NCBI GenBank assembly: GCA_018812245.1
Contig: JAHJDW010000163.1
Coordinates: 41,435 to 105,434, forward strand
Source of the DNA: Bacteroidota bacterium
Lineage (GTDB): Bacteria > Bacteroidota > Bacteroidia > Bacteroidales > JAHJDW01
Length of the DNA: 64,000 nt
Direction: 5' to 3'
Part shown: one piece after another, positions 17,911-28,590 of the stretch
Layout of the letters: the number at the start of each line of letters is the position of its first letter
Numbering within the stretch: the first letter of the stretch is position 1
Notes under the pieces: model-generated
Seen by the model: only the letters and a program-made list of their open reading frames with translations
What the model was told of the DNA's origin: nothing
Database searches by the model: none
Program-made: the position numbers and the translations under genes

Positions 17911-17945
17911 AAAAAAAAACGCCGGATTGTCCGGCGTTTTTTTTT
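17911..17945. terminator. Bidirectional rho-independent terminator.
   Basis: The structure is an A9 run, the stem acgccgga, the loop ttg, the stem tccggcgt, then a T9 run. It lies between convergent genes. Confidence 0.85.
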
Positions 17946-17955
17946 CAGAGCAATA

Positions 17956-18537
17956 TTAGAAATCATCGTCCTTTAATATCATATCATCTATCGACTTCCC
18001 GTCGTTTTCATCAGTTTGTGCTTTGCGTTCAAGATATTCAGGGGGAACGGTCTCCTTTATAAGATCGCCGGTTGATTTAAATGTCAATATGGCATCGTCT
18101 TTTGAGCCATGAAGCTTCACCAATGCCATGTAAAACGTTTCATTCGGTTGTTCAATGAGAAAAACAGTATTCAACTTGTTAATCAGAGCCGGATCGTTCA
18201 GGTATTTCCCCTTGATATAAGAGTTAATCTTTGAGGGGAGTTCCTTAGAGTCAACTTCAGTTTTTGACTCCAGCCATTCTCCTTCACGGGTGAAGAGGAC
18301 TACCGTGTTGGTTTTGTTATATTTGAATTCGGCTGAGTATTGAAACTCATCATCCTGATACCATTTTACGCCACTAAGCTTCATGAAGCGGCCGTTTAAA
18401 CTGTCGGTTAGGGCTGCGGGGGCATTAACTTCCTGTTTTTTCTGTGCGAATGAAGAGGATGGGCCGAAAAAGAAAATTATCAGAACAATTGTACCTGAAA
18501 ATTTGATGAAACGATTGGGAAACAGACGGGTTTTCAT
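17956..18537 (-). CDS. Periplasmic hypothetical protein, possibly PepSY-like/DUF2874-like.
   Basis: It has a signal peptide and repeated LPxxIxxYIxxKY-type segments. The family call is weak. Confidence 0.35.
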   Translation of the reverse strand: MKTRLFPNRFIKFSGTIVLIIFFFGPSSSFAQKKQEVNAPAALTDSLNGRFMKLSGVKWYQDDEFQYSAEFKYNKTNTVVLFTREGEWLESKTEVDSKELPSKINSYIKGKYLNDPALINKLNTVFLIEQPNETFYMALVKLHGSKDDAILTFKSTGDLIKETVPPEYLERKAQTDENDGKSIDDMILKDDDF

Positions 18538-18619
18538 ATCCTTTGAGTTTAATTTTCAGACAAATATAACAAAAATCTTTCCAAGAATGAAACATTTTGT
18601 GTCCCAGAAAGTTTTGCTC

Positions 18620-19150
18620 CTAAAACGAAATTAGCGAGAAAACCTCATTTTCCGGGCTGAACCGCCCTCTACCCGACAAAAAAGACAATTCACAAATAAA
18701 TGACACAAATTTTGCATTAACGCCGATTTTTTTTACCAACTCAACAGCAGCGATCGCTGTTCCTCCTGTGGCAAGAAGATCGTCGTGAATCATAACAATA
18801 TCACTTGGGACCAATGCATCTTTATGTATTTCAAGTGTGTCAGTACCATATTCCAACTCATAAGAGTGAGAAAATACATCTGCCGGAAGCTTTCCGGGTT
18901 TTCTTACAGGGACAAATCCAGCATTTAGCCTCGAGGCTAGCACACTACCCATAATAAAACCCCGTGACTCCACAGCAACAACCTTTGTAATACCCTTTCC
19001 CTGATATTGCTCAGTTAACAAGTCTGCCATGTAATTAAGCATTCCTGGATTTTTTAAAGCTGTTGTAATATCCTTGAACATAATTCCTGGTTTTGGAAAA
19101 TCAGGAACTGTGCGAATCGAATTGATGATGTCTTGTTTCGAAAATCCCAT
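18620..19150 (-). CDS. apt: Adenine phosphoribosyltransferase.
   Basis: The translation carries FPKPGIMFKDIT...VHDDLLATGGT. I chose the internal ATG at 19150 (MGFSKQD...) rather than the 33-codon upstream extension given in the ORF track. Confidence 0.88.
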   Translation of the reverse strand: MGFSKQDIINSIRTVPDFPKPGIMFKDITTALKNPGMLNYMADLLTEQYQGKGITKVVAVESRGFIMGSVLASRLNAGFVPVRKPGKLPADVFSHSYELEYGTDTLEIHKDALVPSDIVMIHDDLLATGGTAIAAVELVKKIGVNAKFVSFICELSFLSGRGRFSPENEVFSLISF

Positions 19151-19294
19151 AATTACTATTTTGAGGGTAAAGATAGTATTTTCCGGGATTACCACTTCCC
19201 ACTTTAATTTGATTTTTCTGTTTCTTATGCTATTTTTGTACTCGTACAATAATATTACAACTTTGAAGTTAGTGTTGGCATGTTGAAAAGATAA

Positions 19295-21898
19295 ATGAGA
19301 AAGTATTTCAAAAACATATTCGTCTGGATGGGTCTGGTACTCTTGCTTTTTGGGTGTTCAACCAAGAAGAACACCTTTACCAGAAGGCTTTATCACAATC
19401 TTACCAGTCAATATAATGCGTATTTCAACGGAAAGGAAAGTTTTAAGGAAGGCGTAGCCATTCATGAGAAAACGGTTAAGGACGATTACGGGAAGGTGCT
19501 CCCTGTCTATAAATTCACCACTGAGGAGACAGCCTCTTCCATTTTCCCTCAAATGGACAGGACTATTCTCAAGGTTTCTAAGGTAATTGGGAAGCACAGC
19601 ATTTTTGTAAAGGGAAAGGAACATTGCCGTTGGATTGACGACGCATATCTCCTGATGGGGAAAGCCGATTTTTACAAGTGTGAATATTATACGGCGATAG
19701 AAATTTTTCGCTTTATTCCTGCAAGGTTTAAGGATAGTCCTTTGAGGTTCAACTCAATGCTTTGGCTGGCAAGAACATACATTGAATTGGGGAAATTTCA
19801 GCAAGCGCAAAATATTTTTAACACGCTCGACGACAAAAAAAACAGGGTTGCAATTCCTGAATCGCTGCTCGATGATATTGAGGCCACAAGGGCTTGGTAT
19901 CACATCAGGCAGGGAAATTATTATCTGGCTATTGCGCCGTTGGCGAAGGCAGTTTCGCTTACAAAAAAGAAAAAAGATAAAATGCGGCTAACCTTCATTC
20001 TTGCCCAATTGTATCAAAGAAATGATGAACCGCAGTTAGCGTCCGACCTATTTGGAAAAGTACTGAAGTATAACCCCCCTTATGATTTCGCATTTAATGC
20101 AAGGATAAATCGGGCAATGCTCTTTTCAAAAGGAAGTAAAAAAGGAGAGGAAATTAAAAAGGAATTAGCGAAGATGGCAAGGGATTCAAAAAACAAGGAT
20201 TACCTCGACCAGATTTATTTTGCCCTGGCCTCTATTGCGCTTGCTGAACGTAACAAGCCGCTTGGATTGGAATATTTGAAGAAGAGCGCAGCATTAAGCG
20301 TATCAAACAACACACAAAAAGCGTTGTCGTTTCTTAAGCTTGGAGAGCTGTATTTTGAAAAACCAAATTACGATAGTGCACAGGTGTATTACGATAGCGC
20401 AATTGTATTCTTGCCAGAGGATTATCCAGAGTACGCGAAAATCAAAGATCTGAGCCAGACATTAAACCGCATTGCCGAAAACATGAAGGAAATTCAGCTT
20501 CAGGATAGCCTGCTGAAACTTTCTGCAATGACGCCCGCACAACGCGAGGCAGTTGTAAACAAAATTATTGAGGAAATTGTGCGTCAGGAGCAACTTGTCA
20601 AACAGCAAGAGCAATTACAGCAGTTGGCAATGATGAACAACAATACCCAAAACAATATCCTGAACAACAATGCCGCTGCCGGGAATAAATGGTATTACTA
20701 CAACCCCACGGCTGTAAGTTTTGGGAAAAATGAATTCAAAAAACGCTGGGGCACCAGAAAATTAGAGGATAACTGGAGGCGGTCAAACAAAGAAACCATG
20801 CTCTCATTTGGTGATAATACTGTTGAGGGAGATTCGTCGTCCATTATTGCTGCTAAAGACTTGAAGGATAAGAATTTCTATCTGAAAAACATTCCAACCA
20901 CCGAAGAAGATATCGCGGCTTCTCATGAAAAAATCAGGAAAGCATTGTATGGCGTTGGGGTAATATTCAAGGAAGATCTGAAGGATTACAAACAGGCAGT
21001 GAGGGCTTTTGAAGAATTGTTCAGGAGGTACCCGGGGAACGAATTTGAATTGAAAGCAGCATATCATAGCTATAAAGCATACAGTTCGCTTGGAAATACA
21101 CCAAAAGCTGACGAATACAAAAACCTGATTCTGACAAAATATCCTGAAAGCGATTATGCAAGACTAATTCTTGACCCTGATGCATTTATTGTCTCCTCAG
21201 AAGAACTATCGGAAGCTGATGTTTTGTACAAAGAAACCTGGCAGGCATTTAATACTGGAAACTATTCGCAGGTATTCGACGGCAAAAAAACGGCAGAAGA
21301 AAAATTTGCGGAAAGCGATCTGATACCCAAATTCCATTTCCTTAGCGCCATGGCAACCGGAAAAACAGAAGACAGGGAGAGGTTCATCGCCTCCTTATCC
21401 GATGTCGTTAATAACTACGGCGCCTCACCAAGTGGGATACAAGCCAAAGAAATGTTGGCTGTCCTGAATCCGCTGGCTGACTCTGGAGCCGTATTAACAG
21501 ATAGTACAGGTAAAGCTATTGTGAAACCTACAGGACCGGTTTACGAAATGGATGAAGATGATTTTCATTTTTTTGCAATGATAGTTTCTGTTATGGACAA
21601 CGATGTAAATAAAGTGAAGGCATCGATTTCTGACTTTAACACCAAATTTTTCGGATTGGAGAAACTGATGATAAATAGTGTTTACCTTGATAATACACGA
21701 CAAGTCATTACCGTTAGCAAGTTTGCGGATAGCGATAAAGCGAACGTTTATCTGAAATCGTTCAAAAAAAACAGCGATATCAAGAAATCAGTTAAGGGCG
21801 ACAATGCTCAGTTTATTATAGGTTCAGCCAACTACGCTAAGTTTTACAAAAGCAAAGATGTAGAAGGCTACCTGATGTTTTTTGTTGAAAATTATTAA
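19295..21898 (+). CDS. sprE: TPR lipoprotein resembling the T9SS component SprE/PorW.
   Basis: Supporting features are a lipobox (LLLFGCSTKKNTFTRRLYHNLTSQYNAYFNG), TPR repeats, a Q/N-rich linker and a length of about 870 aa. The call rests on remembered N-terminal conservation. Confidence 0.55.
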   Translation: MRKYFKNIFVWMGLVLLLFGCSTKKNTFTRRLYHNLTSQYNAYFNGKESFKEGVAIHEKTVKDDYGKVLPVYKFTTEETASSIFPQMDRTILKVSKVIGKHSIFVKGKEHCRWIDDAYLLMGKADFYKCEYYTAIEIFRFIPARFKDSPLRFNSMLWLARTYIELGKFQQAQNIFNTLDDKKNRVAIPESLLDDIEATRAWYHIRQGNYYLAIAPLAKAVSLTKKKKDKMRLTFILAQLYQRNDEPQLASDLFGKVLKYNPPYDFAFNARINRAMLFSKGSKKGEEIKKELAKMARDSKNKDYLDQIYFALASIALAERNKPLGLEYLKKSAALSVSNNTQKALSFLKLGELYFEKPNYDSAQVYYDSAIVFLPEDYPEYAKIKDLSQTLNRIAENMKEIQLQDSLLKLSAMTPAQREAVVNKIIEEIVRQEQLVKQQEQLQQLAMMNNNTQNNILNNNAAAGNKWYYYNPTAVSFGKNEFKKRWGTRKLEDNWRRSNKETMLSFGDNTVEGDSSSIIAAKDLKDKNFYLKNIPTTEEDIAASHEKIRKALYGVGVIFKEDLKDYKQAVRAFEELFRRYPGNEFELKAAYHSYKAYSSLGNTPKADEYKNLILTKYPESDYARLILDPDAFIVSSEELSEADVLYKETWQAFNTGNYSQVFDGKKTAEEKFAESDLIPKFHFLSAMATGKTEDRERFIASLSDVVNNYGASPSGIQAKEMLAVLNPLADSGAVLTDSTGKAIVKPTGPVYEMDEDDFHFFAMIVSVMDNDVNKVKASISDFNTKFFGLEKLMINSVYLDNTRQVITVSKFADSDKANVYLKSFKKNSDIKKSVKGDNAQFIIGSANYAKFYKSKDVEGYLMFFVENY

Positions 21899-21908
21899 AC
21901 CAGTTGAC

Positions 21909-22556
21909 ATGAAAAAAATTGCTGTTGTATTAGCCGGTTCCGGAGTTTACGACGGAGCAGAGATTCATGAAGCCACACTTACTCTGTTGGCAATTGATAG
22001 ACTTGGTGCGCAGTATCAGATGTTTGCCCCTGATATACCGCAATACCACGTCGTAAATCATCTGACCGGTGAAGAAATGCCCGAATCACGTAATGTTCTC
22101 GTAGAAGCAGCACGAGTGGCACGCGGAAAAATTCGACCATTATCAGAATATAATGCAGAATTTTTTGATGCACTCATTTTTCCCGGAGGATTTGGTGTAG
22201 CTAAAAACCTTTGCTCTTTCGCATTCGATGGTCCCTCAATGAAAATCAACGAACAGGTTCAATATGCTGTGAAAGAAACACATCGCCTTAGGAAACCCAT
22301 TGGTGCATTGTGCATCGCTCCTGTACTGATAGCGGGAATACTAAGAAATATTGAGGTTACCATTGGGACGGATCAGGGAACAGCTCAGGCTGTTGAAAGC
22401 CTTGGCGGAAAGCACAAAAAAACCGGGCACGGTGAAGTGGTTGTTGACATAGAAAACCGTATCGTTTCTACTCCTTGCTATATGCTTGAAGCAAGCATCT
22501 CTCAAATTGCCGAAGGTGCCGAAAACACTGTAAGAGCAATACTGGAATTAGCCTGA
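21909..22556 (+). CDS. elbB: ElbB-type DJ-1/PfpI-family glyoxalase.
   Basis: The translation carries MKKIAVVLAGSGVYDGAEIHE...FPGGFG...ALCIAP. I used the internal ATG at 21909. Confidence 0.75.
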   Translation: MKKIAVVLAGSGVYDGAEIHEATLTLLAIDRLGAQYQMFAPDIPQYHVVNHLTGEEMPESRNVLVEAARVARGKIRPLSEYNAEFFDALIFPGGFGVAKNLCSFAFDGPSMKINEQVQYAVKETHRLRKPIGALCIAPVLIAGILRNIEVTIGTDQGTAQAVESLGGKHKKTGHGEVVVDIENRIVSTPCYMLEASISQIAEGAENTVRAILELA

Positions 22557-22560
22557 TTCC

Positions 22561-23703
22561 ATGGCCGGGATCTACATTCACATCCCTTTTTGCCTCACGG
22601 CTTGCGATTATTGTGATTTTTATTCCGTTACAAACAAAACACATCTGTTGCCGGATTTTGTTCGGGCAATATGTGCAGAAATCAAGCATAGGAACAGGGA
22701 ATTGAGTGGTGAGATTATCAACACCATCTACTTTGGTGGAGGTACGCCTTCGATGATTTCGCCGGGACAACTGGAGGAAATACTTCTTTCCGTTTTTCGC
22801 TGCTATACTGTGTCTCCAGAGGCCGAAATCACAATTGAAGCCAATCCCGACGACATTTCGGACTCCTGGTGTGAAGCACTGATAGCGATGGGTTTTAATC
22901 GAATCAGCATCGGAACACAATCGTTTTCAGATGGTGCATTGAAGTTCCTGAACAGGCGACATAATGCTTCCCGGGCGAGAGAGGCAATCCGTATATCGGC
23001 CAATGCAGGGTTTCAGAACATTAGTGCGGATTTAATATATGGAATACCGGGATACACAGACGGGTTGCTGTATAATGATCTTATTTTTTTTGTCAACAGC
23101 GAAGTACAGCATATCAGCGTGTATGCGCTGACAGTTGAACATAATACTCCGTTGCATAGAAAAATAAGCAGAGGTCAGAAGCAATGTCCCGACGAAGATG
23201 TTCAGTCGGGGCAGTATCTTATTATCCATGATTTTCTGGAAAGTAATGGATATGACGGATATGAAATAAGTAATTTTGCCTTGCCTGGGTTTCGATCAAG
23301 GCATAATTCTGCGTATTGGGAAGCTATTCCTTATTTGGGCTTCGGCCCGGCAGCTCATTCTTTTCATTTCAATGAACGCAGATACAATGCGCCAAGTCTT
23401 GTCGATTATATCCGACGTGCAGATTCTCTCACATTCAGAACATTATCTGAAAAACTGAGCTTGACCGACATGTACAATGAGTATGTAATGACAGCATTGA
23501 GAACAAAATCGGGTTTGAAACGTTCGCGTTTGAAACAATTTCTGACCGGAACATTTGAGATAAAAGCAAATCAGGCGTTGAGAAAATTTGAGCAGGCAGG
23601 ATGGATACAGCTTCAGCCAGAAAGTATTTGCCTAACCCGCGAAGGAAAGCTGTTCGCTGATCGGATTTCCAGAGAATTGTTTCTGGAAAACGACAGTCAG
23701 TAA
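22561..23703 (+). CDS. hemW: Radical-SAM HemN-like protein (heme chaperone HemW).
   Basis: It has the CxxxCxxC cluster motif (CLTACDYCDF) and a GGGTPS motif, and is 380 aa long. Confidence 0.8.
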   Translation: MAGIYIHIPFCLTACDYCDFYSVTNKTHLLPDFVRAICAEIKHRNRELSGEIINTIYFGGGTPSMISPGQLEEILLSVFRCYTVSPEAEITIEANPDDISDSWCEALIAMGFNRISIGTQSFSDGALKFLNRRHNASRAREAIRISANAGFQNISADLIYGIPGYTDGLLYNDLIFFVNSEVQHISVYALTVEHNTPLHRKISRGQKQCPDEDVQSGQYLIIHDFLESNGYDGYEISNFALPGFRSRHNSAYWEAIPYLGFGPAAHSFHFNERRYNAPSLVDYIRRADSLTFRTLSEKLSLTDMYNEYVMTALRTKSGLKRSRLKQFLTGTFEIKANQALRKFEQAGWIQLQPESICLTREGKLFADRISRELFLENDSQ

Positions 23704-23719
23704 GACTGTACACCGGAAA

Positions 23720-24799
23720 TTATCGACAGAGATTTTTTTGCTCAGTAATTGCTGTTGTATTCCCAAGGGCAGCAGCTTTCTCAAGGTCTGAGCATCCTTC
23801 CTCTTTCCTGTCAATCGAAATCAGGATCAAGCCACGCTGAAGGAATGGATCGGCCCATTCAGGTTTCAACTCTATTGCTTTGTTAAAAAATCGGAGAGCC
23901 TGCTTGTATTCAGATTTCCGCATTCGGTTTTCCCCTTTTTCGTAATATTTTTCAGAGAAATGATTAATCAGTTCTTCATTTGAATAGGCAGGATTCAATT
24001 CCAGCCTGGGTACGTCCTTGTCGAGTTTTCGGGTAGTTTTATTGTCAGATTTGGCACCTTTAATATCTCCGAGATAAAACCTGACCAGACTCCTGCTGAG
24101 ATAAAAGTCTGCTTCTTCCTGATCAAGCGCAATGGCTCGATTATAGCAATAGAGTGCAGTTTTGTAATCCTTTTCACGATCGTAGAGCAAGCCCTTATTG
24201 TACCACGCTCCGGCGTAATTGGAATCAATCTCCAAAGCCTTATTGTAATCTGTTAGTGCATCCGGAATTTTGCCAGTCTCCATATATAAATTTCCCCGGT
24301 TGCTATATGCCATTGTAAAAGCAGGATCGAGGCTGATGGCTTTTGTGTAGTCGCTGAGTGCCTCCTGTGTTTTCTTTTGCTGGTGGCGGCAGTTACCTCG
24401 GTTATTGTAAGCACTTTTGTTTTCAGGCAAATGTTTGATTGACTGAGTATTGTCGAATTCGGCGCCCTGATAATCAGCCAGTTGATACTTAACAAAGGCT
24501 CGATTATACCAGGCTCTGGAATAAGTGCTATCGAGGGCAATGGCTTTCGAAAAATCGGCAAGTGCCTTATCATAGCTTTCCAGAAGCGCAAGCGAACGAC
24601 CCCGGTTGGTGTAGAATTCTGGAGTTTCCGGACCTATTGAAATTGCCTTGCTGAAATCAGAAACCGAGCCTTTAAGATTTCCGGTTTTGTATTTGTCGTC
24701 ACCCGATTGATTCCATTCATTTGCCGTTTTCTGTGCATAAGAATGGAAAAAACTCACGATAGCAACATTCAGTACAATAAGGAAATTTCTGATGTTCAT
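23720..24799 (-). CDS. Exported TPR-repeat protein.
   Basis: It has a signal peptide and about eight 34-aa repeats with the AxxxYNxGxxY pattern. Confidence 0.7.
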   Translation of the reverse strand: MNIRNFLIVLNVAIVSFFHSYAQKTANEWNQSGDDKYKTGNLKGSVSDFSKAISIGPETPEFYTNRGRSLALLESYDKALADFSKAIALDSTYSRAWYNRAFVKYQLADYQGAEFDNTQSIKHLPENKSAYNNRGNCRHQQKKTQEALSDYTKAISLDPAFTMAYSNRGNLYMETGKIPDALTDYNKALEIDSNYAGAWYNKGLLYDREKDYKTALYCYNRAIALDQEEADFYLSRSLVRFYLGDIKGAKSDNKTTRKLDKDVPRLELNPAYSNEELINHFSEKYYEKGENRMRKSEYKQALRFFNKAIELKPEWADPFLQRGLILISIDRKEEGCSDLEKAAALGNTTAITEQKNLCR

Positions 24800-24911
24800 A
24801 TTTCTGTGATCTTTTCAGGTTATGCAATTCTGTTTTCTGATTGGCTAACATACAAAAAAATCGGTTATCTCTCAAAAGCAGATTATTAAAACACTGTAGC
24901 CTCATAAGCAA

Positions 24912-24932
24912 GAAAACCGGCATAATGCCGGC
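24912..24932 (-). terminator. Rho-independent terminator of the bamA-skp operon.
   Basis: The hairpin is ccggcat-a-atgccgg (24917-24931). On the minus strand it is followed by tttt. Confidence 0.6.
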
Positions 24933-24962
24933 TTTCCAGATCAATAATATAAATGTCAGGGA

Positions 24963-25475
24963 TTAGAGTCCTAGTTTTTTCTTTACAAGAGGCATAATGT
25001 TTTCGCCACCTTCATAGAAAAGCAGGAACCCGGCTCCCGCATCAAAAATGTACGTGTATCCGTTTTCTTTTGCTACATCGTCGATCGCTTTTTTTGCTTT
25101 ATCAATGATTGGGGCAAGAAGATCCTGTTCTTTTTTCTGGAGGTCTTCCTGAGCCGATGTCTGGAAATCCTGAACGCGCGTTTGTAAATCCTGCAGTTCT
25201 TTTTCCTTGGTCTTCTTTATCAGGTCGGTATAGTTTGCCTGATTGTTCATGTAATCCTGGTATTTTTGTTCAAGTTCGGCCGACATACTACGAATCTGGG
25301 TTTCCAGTTCCTTAGCATATTTTTCCAGAATTGTTTTGGCTGAATCCCGGCCGGGCATTGCAAGCAGTAACTCATTAGAGTCGATATACCCTAATTTGAG
25401 TTTGGTTTGGGCCGAAATTGCAGTCGGGGCAAGAAATAAGCCGAATAGGCATGCAAAGATCAGAATCTTCTTCAT
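24963..25475 (-). CDS. skp: OmpH/Skp periplasmic chaperone.
   Basis: It has a signal peptide and a coiled-coil body typical of OmpH, and lies downstream of bamA. Confidence 0.8.
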   Translation of the reverse strand: MKKILIFACLFGLFLAPTAISAQTKLKLGYIDSNELLLAMPGRDSAKTILEKYAKELETQIRSMSAELEQKYQDYMNNQANYTDLIKKTKEKELQDLQTRVQDFQTSAQEDLQKKEQDLLAPIIDKAKKAIDDVAKENGYTYIFDAGAGFLLFYEGGENIMPLVKKKLGL

Positions 25476-25490
25476 AAAACAGGTTTTAAG

Positions 25491-26045
25491 TTATTCGTTA
25501 TCATCTTTTTCTCCATTGTCAATTGAGTGTCCACCGGGTGTGTATCCAAGTTTGGCAAGGACTTCATCGCTCAAGTCCAGTTTTGGGTTTGTATAAAGCA
25601 TGATCAGATCGCTTGATTTATCAAAGATAACCTGATAGTTGCCTTTTGTTGCAATATCATTGATTGCAGCAAAAACCTTATCCTGAACGGGTTTGATTAA
25701 TTCCTGCCGTTTGGTGAAAAGGTCGCCATTGCTTCCGAAGCGCTTTTTTTGCAATTCTTTAGTTTCCTTTTCTTTGTTAATAATTTCTTCTTCACGTTTT
25801 TTCTTCATGTCTTCAGGCAATAATACATGCTCGGCCTGAAAAGCCTTATACAGCTTGTCAATTTCCTGAAATTTGGCTTCAATTTCTTTCTGCCATTCGA
25901 TAGCTTGTTCATCGAGTTGATCCTGAGCAGCATTATACTCAGGAATGTTTTCGAGGATATACTTTGTATCCACGTAGCCAATCTTTTGAGCAAAAGCTAC
26001 ACCGAAGAACAGGATCAGAGCGGGTATCAGAATGATTTTTTTCAT
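25491..26045 (-). CDS. skp: OmpH/Skp periplasmic chaperone (second copy).
   Basis: Same fold signature as the first copy. I used the ATG at 26045 (MKKIILIP...). Confidence 0.8.
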   Translation of the reverse strand: MKKIILIPALILFFGVAFAQKIGYVDTKYILENIPEYNAAQDQLDEQAIEWQKEIEAKFQEIDKLYKAFQAEHVLLPEDMKKKREEEIINKEKETKELQKKRFGSNGDLFTKRQELIKPVQDKVFAAINDIATKGNYQVIFDKSSDLIMLYTNPKLDLSDEVLAKLGYTPGGHSIDNGEKDDNE

Positions 26046-26095
26046 GGCTTTGTCCTCCAAAAATAAAAAAAATTAGTTAATAAAATATTTATCCA

Positions 26096-28588
26096 TTACT
26101 CAATGGATTGATTAATTGAAAAATGGAACTGGCCTTTGTTTTCATATCCGGGAACATCATCGAATCCCCACCCGTAGTCAAGTCCAAGCAAACCAAACAT
26201 AGGAAGGAATATCCTGACACCTCCACCCAGCGACCTGCGGACGTCGAAGGGGTCAAATTCGTTGAATTTCAACCACGAATTGCCAGCTTCAGCAAATCCA
26301 AGAACGAAAATTGTTGCCATCGGATTCAGCGATATCGGGTAGCGAAGTTCCAGCGTGTATTTGCTGTAAATCGGAGCGCCGGGACCGTTGTATCCGCCCG
26401 GAGTAACTGCTCCGTTTCCGTAACCACGCAGGGCAACAATTTCACGACTGTCTAGCGCATAGCCGGATAATCCATCGCCACCAAGATAAAACCTTTCAAA
26501 GGGCGCAACACCTATCTGACGATTATAAAATCCAAGGAATCCGTATTGCATACGAGTGTTCAATACCAAATCCCCTGCCAATCTTGTAAACCATGATGCG
26601 TTGAACTTCCACTTATGATATTCAATCCATTTGAACTTTTCGGCTTCCGTCATTGTTGAATAATCTTTTGTTGACCCATAGCTAAATGGGGGCGTGGCAC
26701 TCATATTCAGGCTGATTCGCGAGCCTGTTCGTGCATAAATCGGAGCATCAACTGAATTTCTTCCGATGGTGATACTAGCGTTCACATTGTTTGAATTTCC
26801 GTCAGTAAAATTAAATGCATACGAATAATTCTGAAGCGTATAATTTTGGTACGATAGCTCATAGTAAATCGTAAAATAGTCGTCGGGCCAGAGCAATCGT
26901 TTGCCAAGACCAACCGAAACACCATTGATGAATATTGCCTGTCGGTCAGGGTCATTTCTTTTTAATCCATTCGGCACCTGAATTGACCGGTATATGCTGA
27001 CAGACAGGGCGTTAGGTTTTTTTCCGCCAAGCCAGGGTTCAGTAAATGAGGCATTGTATGATTGATAATAGTACCCGTTTGATTGAGCACGCACGCTCAC
27101 TTGTTGCCCGTCGCACCCGGGAAGAGGAGTCCATGCTCCTTTTTTGAAAACTTTCCGTGCCGAAAAATTATTAAATATTACTCCAAGGGTTCCAACAATT
27201 CGACCTGCTCCCCATCCACCCGAAAGTTCAATCTGATCAGAAGATGTTTCTTCAACAACATATTCAATGTCAACAGTTCCGTCGGCGGGGTTTGGTTTGG
27301 GGTTAACGTTTAGCTTTTCCTGATCAAAATATCTAAGTTGCGCGAGTTCTCTCGTTGACCGGATAATATCGGAACGACTGAAAAGTTGACCGGGTTTTGT
27401 GCGGATTTCCCGAAGAATGACATGGTCACTAGTTTTTGTGTTTCCAATAACCGTGACTTTATTAATTCTTGCCTGCTTCCCTTCGTAGATGCGAAGTTCG
27501 ATGTCGATAGAGTCACCCTCCACAGCAATCTCTACGGGTGTGATGTTAAAAAACAGATATCCATCGTCCATGTATAAGGATGTAATATCCCGCCCATCCT
27601 GACTCATGTACAGGTTTGCTTCAAGTAATGCCTGATTATAAATGTCGCCCTTCTTAATTTTCAGAACTTTATCAAGGTCATCAGTTGAGTATTTGCTGTT
27701 TCCTATCCATGAAATATTCCGGAAATAGAATTTCTTTCCTTCATCAACTGTAATGTCAAGATTGATGAGTTTCGCATCAAGTTTGGTGATAGAGTCTTTT
27801 ACGATTTTTGCGTTTCTGAAGCCAAGCGCATTGTATTTTTCAATCAGTTTCTTTTTGTCTTCAACGAAATCTTCCTCGAGAAACTTCGATTTCTTGAATA
27901 TATGGTAGAGTTTTTTTCGTTTTGTTTTTTTCAGGGTGTTCCTGATTTTGTTGTCGGCCAGGTTATCGTTTCCATGAATGATGATATCAGCGATTTTGAC
28001 TTTTTGATTTTTCTTCACGTCAATGTAAAGGATGACTGTGTTTGCGCGTGAAGTATCTTCTTCCTGCCTGATAGCAACTTCTGCATTCAGGTATCCTTTA
28101 TCGACGAAATATTCTTTTACGGTTGCCCTCGAATGCATGATCAGATTGTCGGTAACCACGTCATTTCGAGCAAGTTTGATGTCTTCACGTAAATTGTCGG
28201 CTTCGCCTCTTCTCACTCCGGAGAAAGAGAATTTGCTCAGCCTGGCTCGTTCCTTAAGAAAAATGTCGAGGAAAATAAGCTTCCCTTCAATTTTAGTTGC
28301 AGTTATTTTTACTTCTGAGAAAAGCCCTTGTTTCCAGAAGGCCTTGATTGCGTTGCTGATATTATCGCCGGGTATTTTGATTTTCATACCAGTTTCCAGA
28401 CCTGAAAGAGAGATAAGTGCCCGACTGTCGAGGTATTGAATTCCGGAAACGGTAATACCTCCAATTTCGAACTCCCGGGGTTTATTGTAATCAATACTGA
28501 TATCGTCAGTTCCGATTTGTATTTGTGCAAATCCGGTTGAGAGCCCGAAGCTGCTTATAAATATAATTGTATATATTAATCGGCGCAT
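26096..28588 (-). CDS. bamA: Outer-membrane protein assembly factor BamA.
   Basis: An 830-aa protein with POTRA repeats and an Omp85 barrel, sitting in the conserved uppS-bamA-skp context. Confidence 0.9.
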   Translation of the reverse strand: MRRLIYTIIFISSFGLSTGFAQIQIGTDDISIDYNKPREFEIGGITVSGIQYLDSRALISLSGLETGMKIKIPGDNISNAIKAFWKQGLFSEVKITATKIEGKLIFLDIFLKERARLSKFSFSGVRRGEADNLREDIKLARNDVVTDNLIMHSRATVKEYFVDKGYLNAEVAIRQEEDTSRANTVILYIDVKKNQKVKIADIIIHGNDNLADNKIRNTLKKTKRKKLYHIFKKSKFLEEDFVEDKKKLIEKYNALGFRNAKIVKDSITKLDAKLINLDITVDEGKKFYFRNISWIGNSKYSTDDLDKVLKIKKGDIYNQALLEANLYMSQDGRDITSLYMDDGYLFFNITPVEIAVEGDSIDIELRIYEGKQARINKVTVIGNTKTSDHVILREIRTKPGQLFSRSDIIRSTRELAQLRYFDQEKLNVNPKPNPADGTVDIEYVVEETSSDQIELSGGWGAGRIVGTLGVIFNNFSARKVFKKGAWTPLPGCDGQQVSVRAQSNGYYYQSYNASFTEPWLGGKKPNALSVSIYRSIQVPNGLKRNDPDRQAIFINGVSVGLGKRLLWPDDYFTIYYELSYQNYTLQNYSYAFNFTDGNSNNVNASITIGRNSVDAPIYARTGSRISLNMSATPPFSYGSTKDYSTMTEAEKFKWIEYHKWKFNASWFTRLAGDLVLNTRMQYGFLGFYNRQIGVAPFERFYLGGDGLSGYALDSREIVALRGYGNGAVTPGGYNGPGAPIYSKYTLELRYPISLNPMATIFVLGFAEAGNSWLKFNEFDPFDVRRSLGGGVRIFLPMFGLLGLDYGWGFDDVPGYENKGQFHFSINQSIE

Positions 28589-28590
28589 TA

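Noticed and set aside
18620-19249. N-terminal extensions in the ORF track for apt (19249), elbB (21882), the CBS gene (35419), the third DUF6089-like gene (32216), the second skp (26060) and the PNGase-like gene (48738).
   Set aside because: In each case an internal ATG gives the canonical family N-terminus or a proper signal peptide. The extensions are hydrophobic or low-complexity, or they overlap neighbouring genes.
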